Positions 1-10,012 of a stretch of 64,000 bases of DNA are shown piece after piece. Under the pieces are notes generated by a model. The model searched no databases and was not told the origin of the DNA. It saw only the letters and a program-made list of their open reading frames with translations. The DNA is taken from positions 128,001 through 192,000 of the forward strand of contig CAXXUO010000009.1 in assembly GCA_963666485.2 (NCBI GenBank), written 5' to 3'. The position numbers and the translations under genes are program-made. Each line of letters opens with the position of its first letter. The stretch's first letter is position 1. Source of the stretch: Syntrophorhabdaceae bacterium. GTDB taxonomy: Bacteria > Desulfobacterota > Syntrophorhabdia > Syntrophorhabdales > Syntrophorhabdaceae.

Positions 1-544
1 CCGCGACATATGTGTGTTTTGCGAGGTCTGCCGGGACACCAGCGCTGTCGGGGATCCCGAATGTCGCAAGCCCCGATCCGGCCTTGACGAGCAGGCTGTC
101 AACGTGCCCGTGGTAACACCCCCTGAATTTTATGACCCCGCTTTTACCTGTGTACCCGCGCGCAAGCCGTATCGCGCTCATGGTGGCCTCGGTCCCCGAG
201 GTGGTCAGGCGTAAGGATTCCATCGAGGGGAATGCGTCGAGAACCAGGTGGGCAAGTTCGATCTCATAAGGATGGCACGCCCCGTAACTTGTCCCGTCCT
301 CGAGCGCCTCCCGCACAGACGCAATGAGCGCGTCATCGGCATGGCCGAGCACGATCGCTCCCCACGAAGAGACATAATCGATGTACGCGTTTCCGTCCAC
401 ATCGTAAAGATACGCCCCTTTCGCCCGCTTCACGTAAAACGGCCTGTCGTTGACAGACTTGAATGCCCGCACGGGGCTGTTGACGCCGCCCGGAATGAGC
501 CGTACGGCCTCGGCGCAATACTCGTCAGATCTCGTTTTTATCAT
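1..544 (-). CDS. hemL: Glutamate-1-semialdehyde 2,1-aminomutase, N-terminal part (runs off the window edge)
   Basis: Manual minus-strand translation from ATG at 544: [29 protein letters not shown]...[10 protein letters not shown]...[15 protein letters not shown]...KFRGCYHGH. Start overlaps the upstream stop (ATGA). Confidence 0.95.
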   Translation of the reverse strand, partial: MIKTRSDEYCAEAVRLIPGGVNSPVRAFKSVNDRPFYVKRAKGAYLYDVDGNAYIDYVSSWGAIVLGHADDALIASVREALEDGTSYGACHPYEIELAHLVLDAFPSMESLRLTTSGTEATMSAIRLARGYTGKSGVIKFRGCYHGHVDSLLVKAGSGLATFGIPDSAGVPADLAKHTYVA

Positions 545-996
545 GGCCTTACCGAAAAAGATGTTTTCTTGAATTCCCGTTTGCTGAAAAGTATCCTGTA
601 ATCATGGATGCCCGATAGCGACGCCATGGCGTCGATAACGGCGGTGCATGCCTCGCGCGTCTTCCCGTGGACCATCGTGAAAAGATTGTAAGGCCAGTAC
701 CCCGCTGTGTCACGCTCATAACAATGGCTGACCTCTTTAAAGTCCGCCATGAGCGTCCCTATCTCCTCGATCCGGTCCTCCGGGACCCTCCAGACAACCA
801 TCGCGTTGCCTTCGAAAGAGACCGCCCGGTGCGCGACCATCACGGCGATCCTCCGGATGACCCCTTTTTCCTTGAGGAATGAGAGTTCCTCTATCAATTC
901 CTCACCTGTCATGCCCATATTCCTGGCCATTGTCTCATATGGCCTGTCGGTTATCGGGAAATCGGCGGGAAGCGCTTCCAGAGGGATTTTCATCAC
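541..996 (-). CDS. ahbB: Lrp/AsnC-fold siroheme decarboxylase beta subunit (AhbB/NirH-like)
   Basis: NAMVVW, VSHCYER and [11 protein letters not shown] motifs; coupled to hemL. Confidence 0.85.
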   Translation of the reverse strand: MMKIPLEALPADFPITDRPYETMARNMGMTGEELIEELSFLKEKGVIRRIAVMVAHRAVSFEGNAMVVWRVPEDRIEEIGTLMADFKEVSHCYERDTAGYWPYNLFTMVHGKTREACTAVIDAMASLSGIHDYRILFSKREFKKTSFSVRP

Positions 997-1160
997 GTCT
1001 ATTGTTACATATACGGAAAAACCATTTCAAATAAATTATCGTTCAAAAAAAACTTTACAACAGGCGGCCGGACATGTTGTAACTATCAAATTCGCAAGTT
1101 GCAACACAGTGCCTGCATTATGGCACGTAAATTCTGTCAGTATAAGCAAAGGAGCCCGGT

Positions 1161-2324
1161 ATGGTAAAGCCAGCGTCGAGAATTGAACAGATCCCGCCGT
1201 ATCTGTTTGCGCGGATCGATAAGAAAAAAGCGGAGGTCCGGGCAAAAGGGATGGACCTCGTCGATTTCGGCATAGGGGACCCGGACATTCCCACCCCTGC
1301 CAATATCATAGCCGCCATGAAAAAGGCGGTCGACGACCCGAAAAACCACAGGTATCCCAGCTACGAAGGCATGCCGGAATTCCGGCAGGCGGCGGCGGCG
1401 TGGTACAGGCAGCGTTTCGGGGTCGATCTCAATTATGACACCGAGGTCGTGACCCTCATCGGCTCGAAGGAAGGAATAGCACACATACCGTGGGCATACG
1501 CGGAACCCGGCGACGTTGTTCTGTGTCCCTCACCCGGGTACCCCGTCTATAAGATCGCCACTATCTTTGCCGGCGCCACCCCGTACATCATGCCCCTGAA
1601 GGAAGAGAACGGGTTCCTGCCCCGCTACGAGGACATCCCGGAAGATGTCCTGAAAAAGGCGAAGCTTCTCTTTATCAACTATCCGAACAACCCGACCGGC
1701 GCATGTGCGGACGACAGTTTCTATGAAAAGACGCTGGAACTGGCAAAACGTTACAACATACTGATCTGCCACGACGCCGCCTACAGCGAGATCGCCTATG
1801 ACGGGTACCGGCCGAAGAGCATCCTGGAATTCGACAGGGACAAAAAATACTCCCTTGAATTCCATTCCCTGTCCAAAACATACTGCATGACGGGCTGGAG
1901 AATAGGTTTCGCGGTCGGCAATGCCGACGGCATTTACAACCTCGGGAAGCTTAAGACAAACATCGACTCGGGCGCCTTCCAGGCCGTGCAGTATGCCGGC
2001 ATAGAAGCCTTGAGCGGCGACCAGACCTCCGTTCAGGAACTCAACGCCCGCCTTGAAAAAAGACGGGACGCGGCCGTCGAGGCTTTCAAAGCCCTCGGCG
2101 TCGACATACAAGGCCCGAAGGCCACCTATTATATCTGGGCCAAGGTCCCAAAAGGGTTTACATCGTCCGATTTCTGTGAAAAACTTATTGAGGAAACGGG
2201 GATCGTCGTAACCCCGGGAAGCGGGTTCGGCGATGATGGCGAAGGTTATTTCCGGATCTCGATAACGCTGGGTGAAGAGAAAATAGCCGAGGCTGCACGG
2301 CGGCTCAAATCATTTACGCTTTAA
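1161..2324 (+). CDS. dapL: LL-diaminopimelate aminotransferase (class I PLP)
   Basis: IPPYLFARID, IGSKEGIAH, NYPNNPTG, EFHSLSKTYCMTGWRIG; SD AAGGAG upstream. Confidence 0.88.
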   Translation: MVKPASRIEQIPPYLFARIDKKKAEVRAKGMDLVDFGIGDPDIPTPANIIAAMKKAVDDPKNHRYPSYEGMPEFRQAAAAWYRQRFGVDLNYDTEVVTLIGSKEGIAHIPWAYAEPGDVVLCPSPGYPVYKIATIFAGATPYIMPLKEENGFLPRYEDIPEDVLKKAKLLFINYPNNPTGACADDSFYEKTLELAKRYNILICHDAAYSEIAYDGYRPKSILEFDRDKKYSLEFHSLSKTYCMTGWRIGFAVGNADGIYNLGKLKTNIDSGAFQAVQYAGIEALSGDQTSVQELNARLEKRRDAAVEAFKALGVDIQGPKATYYIWAKVPKGFTSSDFCEKLIEETGIVVTPGSGFGDDGEGYFRISITLGEEKIAEAARRLKSFTL

Positions 2325-2338
2325 TACATGGAGGGGTT

Positions 2339-3697
2339 TTGATGAGGCCCGGCATGGCACGGTCGACTGGAACATGCTTCATTTGCTTGTTTCTTCTGCT
2401 CGCACCTTTATGCGTGGTATCTTTTGCCGCCGATTCACCGGACGGGATAAACGACAAGGGCCGTGCACTCGCCAAATCGGGCAAATGTTCCGATGCGATC
2501 GGCGAATTCTCGCGTGCGATAAAGGCCAACCCTGCATTCGTCGAAGCGTGGTACAACAGGGGTTACTGCCAGGCCGAGATCGGCAACTGGACCGATGCGA
2601 TCAAGGATTATAACCACGTCATCGAGCTCGACCCTACCGATGCCCTCACCTACAACAACAGGGGCCACGCATATTACAGCCTCGAGAATTATGAGCAGGC
2701 GATCAAGGATTATAACAAGGCAATCGAGTTAAAGCCGGACCTCGCCACCGCGTACAGCAACAGGGGCCTTGCATACGACTGGGCCGGGAAGCCGGAACTT
2801 GCCATACGCGACTACAACAAGGCGATCGAACTCAACCCTTCATATACGACCGCCTACAATAACCGTGGTTATCATTACGATACGATAGGCCAGTTCGAGC
2901 GTGCTATCGCCGATTTCGACAAGGCGCTGTCCCTCAACCCCTCATATGCAATTGCCTACTACAACAGGGGATACACATATCACAACCTGGGCAAATATGA
3001 GCAGGCGATCAAGGATTACACGAGCGCGATAAAGATAAACCCGAAGTATGCGTCAGCGTACTTCAGGAGAGGCATCACCCAGAACGTCCTCGGCGACAAG
3101 GTCTCGGCAATTGCAAATTATACCAGTGCCATCGAGATAGACCCGTCGTACGCAACGGCATACACCTATCGCGGCCTCGCATACGACAGCCAGGGCAAAT
3201 ACACCGAGGCCCTGAAAGACCAGGACAAGGCCATAGCGATCAATCCCAAACTTGCGCTCGCATACAATAATCGCGGGTTCACGCACTTCAACATGGAAAA
3301 CTACCGTGCCGCGATAGACGATTACACAAAGGCGGTAACATTAAACCCGGAATACGCGGTAGCATTCAGCAACAGGGGATACGCACACGACAAGCTTGGG
3401 TACTATCCTCTCGCACTCAAGGATTACGGGCGCGCTATCGAGCTCGATCACGGATACGCGACCGCCTACAACAACCGCGGGTTCACGCACTTCAACATGG
3501 GCAATTACCATGAATCTATCGCAGACTACACAAAGGCCATACAGTTACGGCCCGGGTACGCCCTTGCCTACTATAATAGAGCCGTTGCGCACTCGAAGCT
3601 CGCCCAGATGGACGACGCCATATCCGACCTGAAGCAGGCCGCCAAGTTCGGCGATAAGGACGCGGAAGACGCGCTGAAGCAGCTGAACATAAAATAA
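2339..3697 (+). CDS. Exported tetratricopeptide-repeat protein (about 12 TPRs)
   Basis: N-terminal hydrophobic signal; repeated AYNNRG...AIxDYxKAIxLxP units of 34 aa. Confidence 0.9.
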   Translation: MMRPGMARSTGTCFICLFLLLAPLCVVSFAADSPDGINDKGRALAKSGKCSDAIGEFSRAIKANPAFVEAWYNRGYCQAEIGNWTDAIKDYNHVIELDPTDALTYNNRGHAYYSLENYEQAIKDYNKAIELKPDLATAYSNRGLAYDWAGKPELAIRDYNKAIELNPSYTTAYNNRGYHYDTIGQFERAIADFDKALSLNPSYAIAYYNRGYTYHNLGKYEQAIKDYTSAIKINPKYASAYFRRGITQNVLGDKVSAIANYTSAIEIDPSYATAYTYRGLAYDSQGKYTEALKDQDKAIAINPKLALAYNNRGFTHFNMENYRAAIDDYTKAVTLNPEYAVAFSNRGYAHDKLGYYPLALKDYGRAIELDHGYATAYNNRGFTHFNMGNYHESIADYTKAIQLRPGYALAYYNRAVAHSKLAQMDDAISDLKQAAKFGDKDAEDALKQLNIK

Positions 3698-3820
3698 AAA
3701 ACGGTTCAAAGTTCAAAGTTCAAAGAAGAAAAATAATCCCCGGTAAACAAAAATATCGGAACTGGCGGAGTTTAGTGGTTTTTTCCTTGAACTTTGAACT
3801 TTGAACCTTGAACCGTTTTT
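3697..3820. repeat. Inverted heptamer tandem-repeat element, (R)GTTCAA family
   Basis: Left arm AAAAACGGTTCAAAGTTCAAAGTTCAAAG; right arm TTGAACTTTGAACTTTGAACCTTGAACCGTTTTT; lies between convergent genes. Confidence 0.9.
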
Positions 3821-4734
3821 CAGGTTGCAACCCTGTTTCTGCCCGCCTTCTTCGCCGCGTACATCAACGCGTCCGCGCGTTTTATGATGCCGTGCGCGGA
3901 GTCTTTCTTGCGGGCCAGCGTGACGCCTATCGATATGGTGATATGGGTGTCGCTCCCGTCAAGCGGTACCGTGGACCTTTCGACGAGTACCCGCAGTTTT
4001 TCTGCAACATGGCGGAGCTTCTCTTCGTCCACGTTTGTGACGAAGGCAACGAACTCCTCTCCTCCCCATCGGCTGACTACGTCCGACGACCGAAGGCCGT
4101 TGTTTATCGTGGCGGCGATCAGGCGCAGCACCCTGTCGCCGGCTTCGTGACCGTATGTGTCATTGACGTTCTTAAACCTGTCGATATCGATGAAAAGGAC
4201 CCCGAAGGCCCACCCGTAGCGCTTGAGCTCCCTTAACTTGTTCGTGAGGTTCATCTCCCCGTACCGCCTGTTCCCGAGCCGGGTCAAAGGGTCGAGCAGG
4301 GCCATGCGTTCGAGTTCGCGGAGTTTCCTCGTCAGGTCCTGGCTCGAATAATTGTCGCTGAAAACTTCTGCGGCGCCTATCACAACGCCCTTGCTGTCGA
4401 GTATCGGCGCTATCCTGACGATCACGGGAACCTGGTGACCTTCCCGATGGTGAAAGAAAAGCTCTGCCTCCTTGTTCTTTCCTTCCCGCATAGCGGCCTC
4501 GAGAAGACACCGGTTGTCGCACAGTGCGGCCCCGTCATTGTCGATGTGCTTGAGGATATTGTCCCAGCAATACCTGCCGACGATCTCGGACCGTTTGTAA
4601 CCCGTCATTCTCTCTGCAGCTTCATTCCAGTACTGGATCTTGCGGTCTTTATCGACAACGTAGACGCCTTCGTACAGGTTGTCGAGAAGTTTATGATAGA
4701 AGGAATCGGTCAGAAGACCCCGGGTACGAGGCAT
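3820..4734 (-). CDS. PAS-domain diguanylate cyclase
   Basis: PAS region (WNEAAERMTGY), DIDRFKNVNDTYGHEAGD and RWGGEEF; likely start is ATG at 4734 (MPRTRG), just after the tldD stop. Confidence 0.92.
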   Translation of the reverse strand: MPRTRGLLTDSFYHKLLDNLYEGVYVVDKDRKIQYWNEAAERMTGYKRSEIVGRYCWDNILKHIDNDGAALCDNRCLLEAAMREGKNKEAELFFHHREGHQVPVIVRIAPILDSKGVVIGAAEVFSDNYSSQDLTRKLRELERMALLDPLTRLGNRRYGEMNLTNKLRELKRYGWAFGVLFIDIDRFKNVNDTYGHEAGDRVLRLIAATINNGLRSSDVVSRWGGEEFVAFVTNVDEEKLRHVAEKLRVLVERSTVPLDGSDTHITISIGVTLARKKDSAHGIIKRADALMYAAKKAGRNRVAT

Positions 4735-4736
4735 GA

Positions 4737-6116
4737 TTATCCGCCGCGGCCTCCCACGATGATCCCCGGTATCCGCAAGGTAGGCTGGGCGTCTGCAACG
4801 GGCACTCCCTGCCCGTCCTTCCCGCACGTGCCTATCCCGAACCCGAGGTCGCACCCCACCATGTCGATGTCCTTGAGCACCTTCAGCCCGTTTCCCATCA
4901 TCGTCGCGTTCTTGATCATCGGCCCGACAGTGCCTTTTTCGATCAGGTACCCTTCCGATATTTCGAAGACAAAATCACCGCGCACGGTATCGACCTGGCC
5001 GCCGCCCATCTTGACGACAAAAACACCGTCGTCAACGGATGCGAGGATCTCGCCGGGGTCGTGTTTTCCCGGCACGATCATCGTGTTGCTCATGCGCGGT
5101 ATCGGCCTGAAACGGTATGATTCACGCCTGCCGTTCCCCGTCGACGGCATCGCGTGTTTCATGGCGTGGAACCGGTCGAAGAGATAGTTTTTGAGAACAC
5201 CGTGTTCAACGAGAACCGTGCGCTGCGATGAGGTGCCTTCGTCATCGAACGCGTACGTGCCGCGCATATGGGGGATGGTCGCATCGTCGACAACGCCGAT
5301 GAGGGGCGACGCTATCTCCTGCCCGAGAAGCCCCTTGTAGCAGGACAGTCCTTCCATGGCGAGGTCTGCCTCGAGCCCGTGGCCGATCGCTTCATGGATC
5401 ATCGTCCCGCCGGCTTCCGACGCGAGGACGACAGTCTTCGCTCCACTCGGGGCCTCGCGCGCGGCAAGAAGGCCCGATAACCGCCTGACCGTTTTCTCGG
5501 CAAGCGACCCCATCAGCTCGTCGGTGAAATACTCAAACCCGTAGAACCCGCCTGCCGCCTCGTACGACGTCTGCATCTCGGAGCCGTCCCGCCCGACGAG
5601 AAGCACCGTGAACACAACCTGCATCCGGCTGTCGCGCTTAAGACCTTTGTCCGTGGTCGCTATCGTAACTTCCTGGCGCGTATCCCGGTACATAATGCGG
5701 ACCTGGATGATCCGCGGCTCCAGGGAACGGACCTTTGCCTCGAAGTTCCTCACGAGCGCAAGTTTATCCTTGACATCGACGCCGCCGGGGTCGCGGGAGA
5801 TCGAAAAAGGATACGCTGCGCTCGCCTCGCCCGCGGACAACAGGGCGGCCTCACCTTTCCGTGAACCCGTATAACCGGACAGCTTCTGAGCAAGGGACGT
5901 GAGCCGCGCCTCGTCGAAGGAATTTGTCGAGGCGTAATAGGTCTTCCAGGGATCGATCACCCTCAACCCGACCCCGGCATCCTCACCCTGCTCCAGTTTT
6001 TCGACCTTTCCGGATTCAAGCTGGATAAGGGTGTAATTCCGTACATCGACGTACGTATCGGCGTACGCACCCGAGCGGTCCATAAGCGCTTCGAGTATCC
6101 TCTTCTCATTGAACAT
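4737..6116 (-). CDS. tldD: TldD/PmbA family metalloprotease
   Basis: HEAIGHGLEAD (HExxGH), DDEG, PRMSNT, GTCGKDGQGVPV. Confidence 0.92.
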   Translation of the reverse strand: MFNEKRILEALMDRSGAYADTYVDVRNYTLIQLESGKVEKLEQGEDAGVGLRVIDPWKTYYASTNSFDEARLTSLAQKLSGYTGSRKGEAALLSAGEASAAYPFSISRDPGGVDVKDKLALVRNFEAKVRSLEPRIIQVRIMYRDTRQEVTIATTDKGLKRDSRMQVVFTVLLVGRDGSEMQTSYEAAGGFYGFEYFTDELMGSLAEKTVRRLSGLLAAREAPSGAKTVVLASEAGGTMIHEAIGHGLEADLAMEGLSCYKGLLGQEIASPLIGVVDDATIPHMRGTYAFDDEGTSSQRTVLVEHGVLKNYLFDRFHAMKHAMPSTGNGRRESYRFRPIPRMSNTMIVPGKHDPGEILASVDDGVFVVKMGGGQVDTVRGDFVFEISEGYLIEKGTVGPMIKNATMMGNGLKVLKDIDMVGCDLGFGIGTCGKDGQGVPVADAQPTLRIPGIIVGGRGG

Positions 6117-6360
6117 CGGGTGCCTCCCTGAATCCTATTCCATAGTGTACCATATCGGCGACGATGCCCCGGACATCCTCCTCGAAGGACGCCGGATAGA
6201 TAAGCTCTATGAGGCCGCGGTCACCGTCAAGGACGGAAAAAATGGCGACGTCCTCGTATGATTCGAGGATCGCCTTAAAAAAACCGATGCCGCTGCGGTC
6301 CATGATGTACCGTTTTGTCCGCTCCTCGAAAACACGTCGGCCATCCTGCGGCATTGTCAA
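6106..6360 (-). CDS. Small conserved protein, DUF4911-like
   Basis: IGFFKAILESYEDVA...SVLD motif; overlaps both neighbours. Confidence 0.65.
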   Translation of the reverse strand: MTMPQDGRRVFEERTKRYIMDRSGIGFFKAILESYEDVAIFSVLDGDRGLIELIYPASFEEDVRGIVADMVHYGIGFREAPDVQ

Positions 6361-7361
6361 TCCTCTCTTCCTTCGAGCATTTCGATGAACGCCTCGATGC
6401 GGTTCTTCGTTCTCGTATCGAGGGTACGCGGCAGGTCGCCCTCGATCGTCAGGATCGGGACCGGGATCGTGTCCCGCAGGATAAGGTCCTCGATCGCACG
6501 AAAGCAGAAAGACTGAATATAATGGATGACCCCTTTGATCCCGCGCCGCTCGATCTCTTTGCCTATATCTTCCAGACGGGCAAAAATACCGTACGGGTAC
6601 GTGTAGAGAAGATACCGCTCGACCAGGTCCCGGGTATGGTACGGGAGCGCAAACTGCCTTTGTGTCTCGTTATAGACGACATGGCCGCCGACCTCTTCGA
6701 TAAATTCATACAACCCGTCTATAATGGGCGGTACCCCTATGTAGCCAAGGGGTATTCCTTCGAGCCTTTCACGTTTTCGCGCCTCCGTGATAAATCCTGC
6801 GGCGGCGTCGGAATATTCGATTATATTGCCGAGCATGTCCGATGAACGCACGAGCCAGAGATGGTTCTCGGCGCCTGTCACGTTCCGCTCGCTCCAGGTC
6901 ATCATGTCGATCTCTTCGAGGTAGGACCGTGCCACCGTCAACTCTTTTTCCACCCTCAGGCTCGATCCCCTGTCCGGTGAAAGCTCTTTCTTCAGCTTCT
7001 CGATCTCCCGTGCCAAAACTCTCTCGTCGCGATCGTACGGGAAAGAAAAAGGGATCGTCCGGATACCCTTGTAGCGAAGGATCTCGGCAAGTGCCTGCGT
7101 ATTGCTGCAATCGCCCTCCATGACCGTGATCACGGCGGCCATCTCATGTTCCATGATAACGCCATAGATCCCCTTGATCCACGTGCAGATGCTGTGCGGG
7201 AAACCGTCACGTTCCGCCCGGTCGACAAAATGCTGGGGGTCGGGGTCTTTCATGAAGATATTGTTGAGGTCGCAGGGGGTATAGCCGGCGGCGAAGATGA
7301 TCTCGACAGGTATGGTCGTCGTAAAACCAACAACCCCTTTTCCCGGTGCTGGTGTCATCAT
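6357..7361 (-). CDS. 2-hydroxyacyl-CoA dehydratase family (HGD-D) subunit
   Basis: VGFTTTIPVE, ICTWIKG, GDCSNT, QSFCFR, LTIEGD, RIEAFIEML; start taken at ATG 7361. Confidence 0.82.
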   Translation of the reverse strand: MMTPAPGKGVVGFTTTIPVEIIFAAGYTPCDLNNIFMKDPDPQHFVDRAERDGFPHSICTWIKGIYGVIMEHEMAAVITVMEGDCSNTQALAEILRYKGIRTIPFSFPYDRDERVLAREIEKLKKELSPDRGSSLRVEKELTVARSYLEEIDMMTWSERNVTGAENHLWLVRSSDMLGNIIEYSDAAAGFITEARKRERLEGIPLGYIGVPPIIDGLYEFIEEVGGHVVYNETQRQFALPYHTRDLVERYLLYTYPYGIFARLEDIGKEIERRGIKGVIHYIQSFCFRAIEDLILRDTIPVPILTIEGDLPRTLDTRTKNRIEAFIEMLEGRED

Positions 7362-7432
7362 AGTTCTAAAGATAATACTTTTTTCCGTAATGTTGCAACA
7401 TTGCGTTACAGGTCGCATCAGCCTGAAAGACC

Positions 7433-7716
7433 TCTCTCGCCCGTTCGTCGCTAAAGCTCCTCTCTCGAGTTCGCGGAGTTCGCGGAGAAAGGCGGAGGCC
7501 GCGGGAGCCCGGAGCCTTACCAGGCTCCCGCGGCACTTCGATCCTGCCCTTCAGGCAGGATGGACCGCTTGGTCTATTAATATGTTTTTTTTCTTTTCCT
7601 CGGCGAAGCCGACGAAAGTGCCGGCTGGTCGTGGTCGGCTCCGCGACCAGCCGGCAAAGTCTTTTCCTTCGCAATTCTCTGTGTTCTCTGTGAGCTCGAG
7701 CGAAGCGGGCGAGAGA
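7433..7716. repeat. 284-bp non-coding element with terminal inverted repeats and three internal hairpins (MITE-like or structured RNA)
   Basis: Termini TCTCTCGCCCG / CGGGCGAGAGA; internal stems GCCGCGGGAGCC/GGCTCCCGCGGC, ATCCTGCC/GGCAGGAT, TGCCGGCTGGTCG/CGACCAGCCGGCA. Confidence 0.7.
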
Positions 7717-7723
7717 ATGTCTT

Positions 7724-8857
7724 TTATCGAAATTTCTTTTTCGCCAGGTTCTTGTCGCTGTATCGCGGATCGTCGGTGACTTTTTTCCCGATGGTGATGA
7801 AGGCGGGGATATCGGGCTGGCCCTTACTGCCGGGGCCCGGTGACTCGGCGCGCAGTATGATGAGGCCCTTGTGTTTTCCGTTATACACATCGATCTCGTA
7901 ATACCTGTTGTTCCAGAGAAAACAGATCCGGTCCTTTGACAGGGCCTGCATATTCCGGTCTTTCAGGCCCGCGAGCCTCGTGTACTCGTGTTCAGGTATG
8001 AGCTCTTCCTCTTCGACAGGCTGGTTATCGCCTGCGGTCCTCGTGCGCGCCAGGAAATAGAAATTCATCCCGTCCTGCCCGCGCCTGCGTATCCGGATCT
8101 GTGCCCCTTTCTCTTTTGTACGCAGGTAGATCTGCTCGATATCGAGCCGCTGGTGGGGAGGAAGGCCCGACATATCGATGTCGCGGACCAGGTACTTTTC
8201 CTGTATGGGGGGGACATCGGGTATGCCGACCATCGCGGCGAGCGCGGAGAACGTCCGGCGCATCTTTGCCTCGAAGTCGGTGCTGTTGTCGATGATCTTG
8301 AAGCGCGGGTGGCCAAGCCAGCTCTCCTGGGTCCTCAGGTCGATCCTCAAGGCCTCCTCAGCCGTTTCGAGGCGGGCGGAATTGTTCTCGCCCGTGTAAT
8401 AATCCGGCGCCCCGTCGGCCGCGGTCACGAGGTGAATGATGCCGTCGTACCTGTGGCGGATCGCAGCCCGCGTCATGCTTTTTTTCTTCAGGATACTGTT
8501 AAAGACATCGTCGGTCAGAAATGCCCGGATATCCATGATGCCCCTGTCAAGCAGTATCACCTTCCGGCGTTCGGGAAATATGCGGGAGACTGCCTGTTTG
8601 TACGTGTCCTCGAACGAGATCTGCATATCGAAGATCGCCTCTTCGAAGACGACGATCTGTCCCGGCTTGTCCATCTTGCGCCGGTCGATCCCGTTCCCCG
8701 TAATAAGCGTCGCCGTCTCCGGCACGACAAACACCATGAACCCATGGTCGGAAAGCCTCTCCGTCAGGTACGCCAGCGAAGAGCTCTTCCCGGAGCACGG
8801 CCCCCCGGTAAGGACGATCATGGAAACGGGATTGAGTAAGCGGGATGAATCCGGCAT
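7724..8857 (-). CDS. P-loop kinase/ATPase (AAA_28/NadR-like) fused to a CYTH-like domain
   Basis: IVLTGGPCSGKSS Walker A, LLDRGIMD, IHLVTAADGA; C-terminal EKYLV, IEQIYL, YEIDVY; start at ATG 8857 because the ORF extension runs into the repeat. Confidence 0.8.
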   Translation of the reverse strand: MPDSSRLLNPVSMIVLTGGPCSGKSSSLAYLTERLSDHGFMVFVVPETATLITGNGIDRRKMDKPGQIVVFEEAIFDMQISFEDTYKQAVSRIFPERRKVILLDRGIMDIRAFLTDDVFNSILKKKSMTRAAIRHRYDGIIHLVTAADGAPDYYTGENNSARLETAEEALRIDLRTQESWLGHPRFKIIDNSTDFEAKMRRTFSALAAMVGIPDVPPIQEKYLVRDIDMSGLPPHQRLDIEQIYLRTKEKGAQIRIRRRGQDGMNFYFLARTRTAGDNQPVEEEELIPEHEYTRLAGLKDRNMQALSKDRICFLWNNRYYEIDVYNGKHKGLIILRAESPGPGSKGQPDIPAFITIGKKVTDDPRYSDKNLAKKKFR

Positions 8858-8870
8858 AGAACTCCGTAAA

Positions 8871-8962
8871 AACTGGTTCAAGGTTCAAAGTTTGACGCCG
8901 AACCTTAAACGTTTCTTCGTTTTTTTACTTTGAACCTTGAACTTTGAACCTTGAACCGTCTT
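8871..8962. repeat. Inverted heptamer tandem-repeat element, (R)GTTCAA family
   Basis: GGTTCAAGGTTCAAAG ... TTGAACCTTGAACTTTGAACCTTGAACC. Confidence 0.88.
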
Positions 8963-10012
8963 TCAGCTGTTTACAATATTTCTCCAATCCGTCACCACCG
9001 GATCGAAGCCTTTCGCTGTGAGCATTGCCTTGACCTCATCGAAGGTCCGCGGGTCGAAGACCTGGAACTGGCCGTCGTCGTACTCGGACTTGTCGATGTA
9101 TCCGCCGACGCGGGTCGAAGACCCGGCCGACATCTTCGTCACGCCGAACTCGAAGATGCGGTCCCGGAATTCGGGCGTCTCCCGTGTCGAGAGGCTTATC
9201 CCGGCCCGGGGGAAGAACAATCGCGCCGCGCACATGATCTTCAGCATCTCCCTGTCGGTAACCTCAATGTAATTATGCTCGTCGTCGACGACACGCCTCA
9301 AGCGCGGGAACGCGAGGCCAAACTCGACGCCCGGGTACTTTCTCTCGAGGTTCCTGATATGCTGGAAAAGGGCGATGATGTCCTGCCGCCAATCGGTGAG
9401 GCCAAGGAGGACCCCCATCGATATGTGGCGCATCCCCGAACGCGCGATGCGGTCCGGGGCCTCGACACGGTAGTCATAGACCTTCTTCGGCCCGGCAAGG
9501 TGAAGCTCGTCATAGCGGGCCCGGTCATACGTTTCCTGGTAGAGTGTCACCCCGTCAACCCCCGCGAGGTAAAGCTCGCGGTACTCATTCTCTTCGAGGG
9601 GATAGACCTCGACGGCGACGTAGGGGAAATGGCGGCCGGCGATGATGCAGGCGTCCCGGATATACTGCGGCGAAGAATGGAAGCGCGACTCTCCCGTCAG
9701 GATGAGGCAGCTGCGGATCCCGGTCGCGGCGAGCGCGGCGCATTCCCTGTCTATCTCGTCCATCGTGAGCTTGCTGCGCGGAATTATCTTTGACGACGCG
9801 TGGAAACCGCAATAGACGCATTCATTCTGGCAATAATTGGCTATGTAGAGGGGGGCATACAGGCTGATCGTCCGCCCGAACTGGCGCCGCGTCAGCTCGC
9901 GCGCCGCATACGCCATTTCTTCGAGCAGGCCCCTGTCGTCATACGAAAAAATGCGGCGAATGTCACCGATCGTCAGATGCTCGAGGTCAATTCCGGACAA
10001 ACCTTTATTCAT
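8963..10012 (-). CDS. thiH: 2-iminoacetate synthase (radical SAM tyrosine lyase)
   Basis: [42 protein letters not shown]; follows thiG. Confidence 0.93.
   Translation of the reverse strand: MNKGLSGIDLEHLTIGDIRRIFSYDDRGLLEEMAYAARELTRRQFGRTISLYAPLYIANYCQNECVYCGFHASSKIIPRSKLTMDEIDRECAALAATGIRSCLILTGESRFHSSPQYIRDACIIAGRHFPYVAVEVYPLEENEYRELYLAGVDGVTLYQETYDRARYDELHLAGPKKVYDYRVEAPDRIARSGMRHISMGVLLGLTDWRQDIIALFQHIRNLERKYPGVEFGLAFPRLRRVVDDEHNYIEVTDREMLKIMCAARLFFPRAGISLSTRETPEFRDRIFEFGVTKMSAGSSTRVGGYIDKSEYDDGQFQVFDPRTFDEVKAMLTAKGFDPVVTDWRNIVNS

Noticed and set aside
1121..1137. sigma54 promoter upstream of dapL (TGGCACG)
   Set aside because: The -12 element reads TTCT rather than TTGC
2690..3500. DNA-level direct repeats in the TPR gene
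   Set aside because: Explained by internal duplication of TPR units
8963..10012. HydG call for the radical SAM gene, given the nearby HydE-like gene
   Set aside because: At 349 aa it lacks the HydG C-terminal cluster extension and sits in thiS-thiG context, so ThiH
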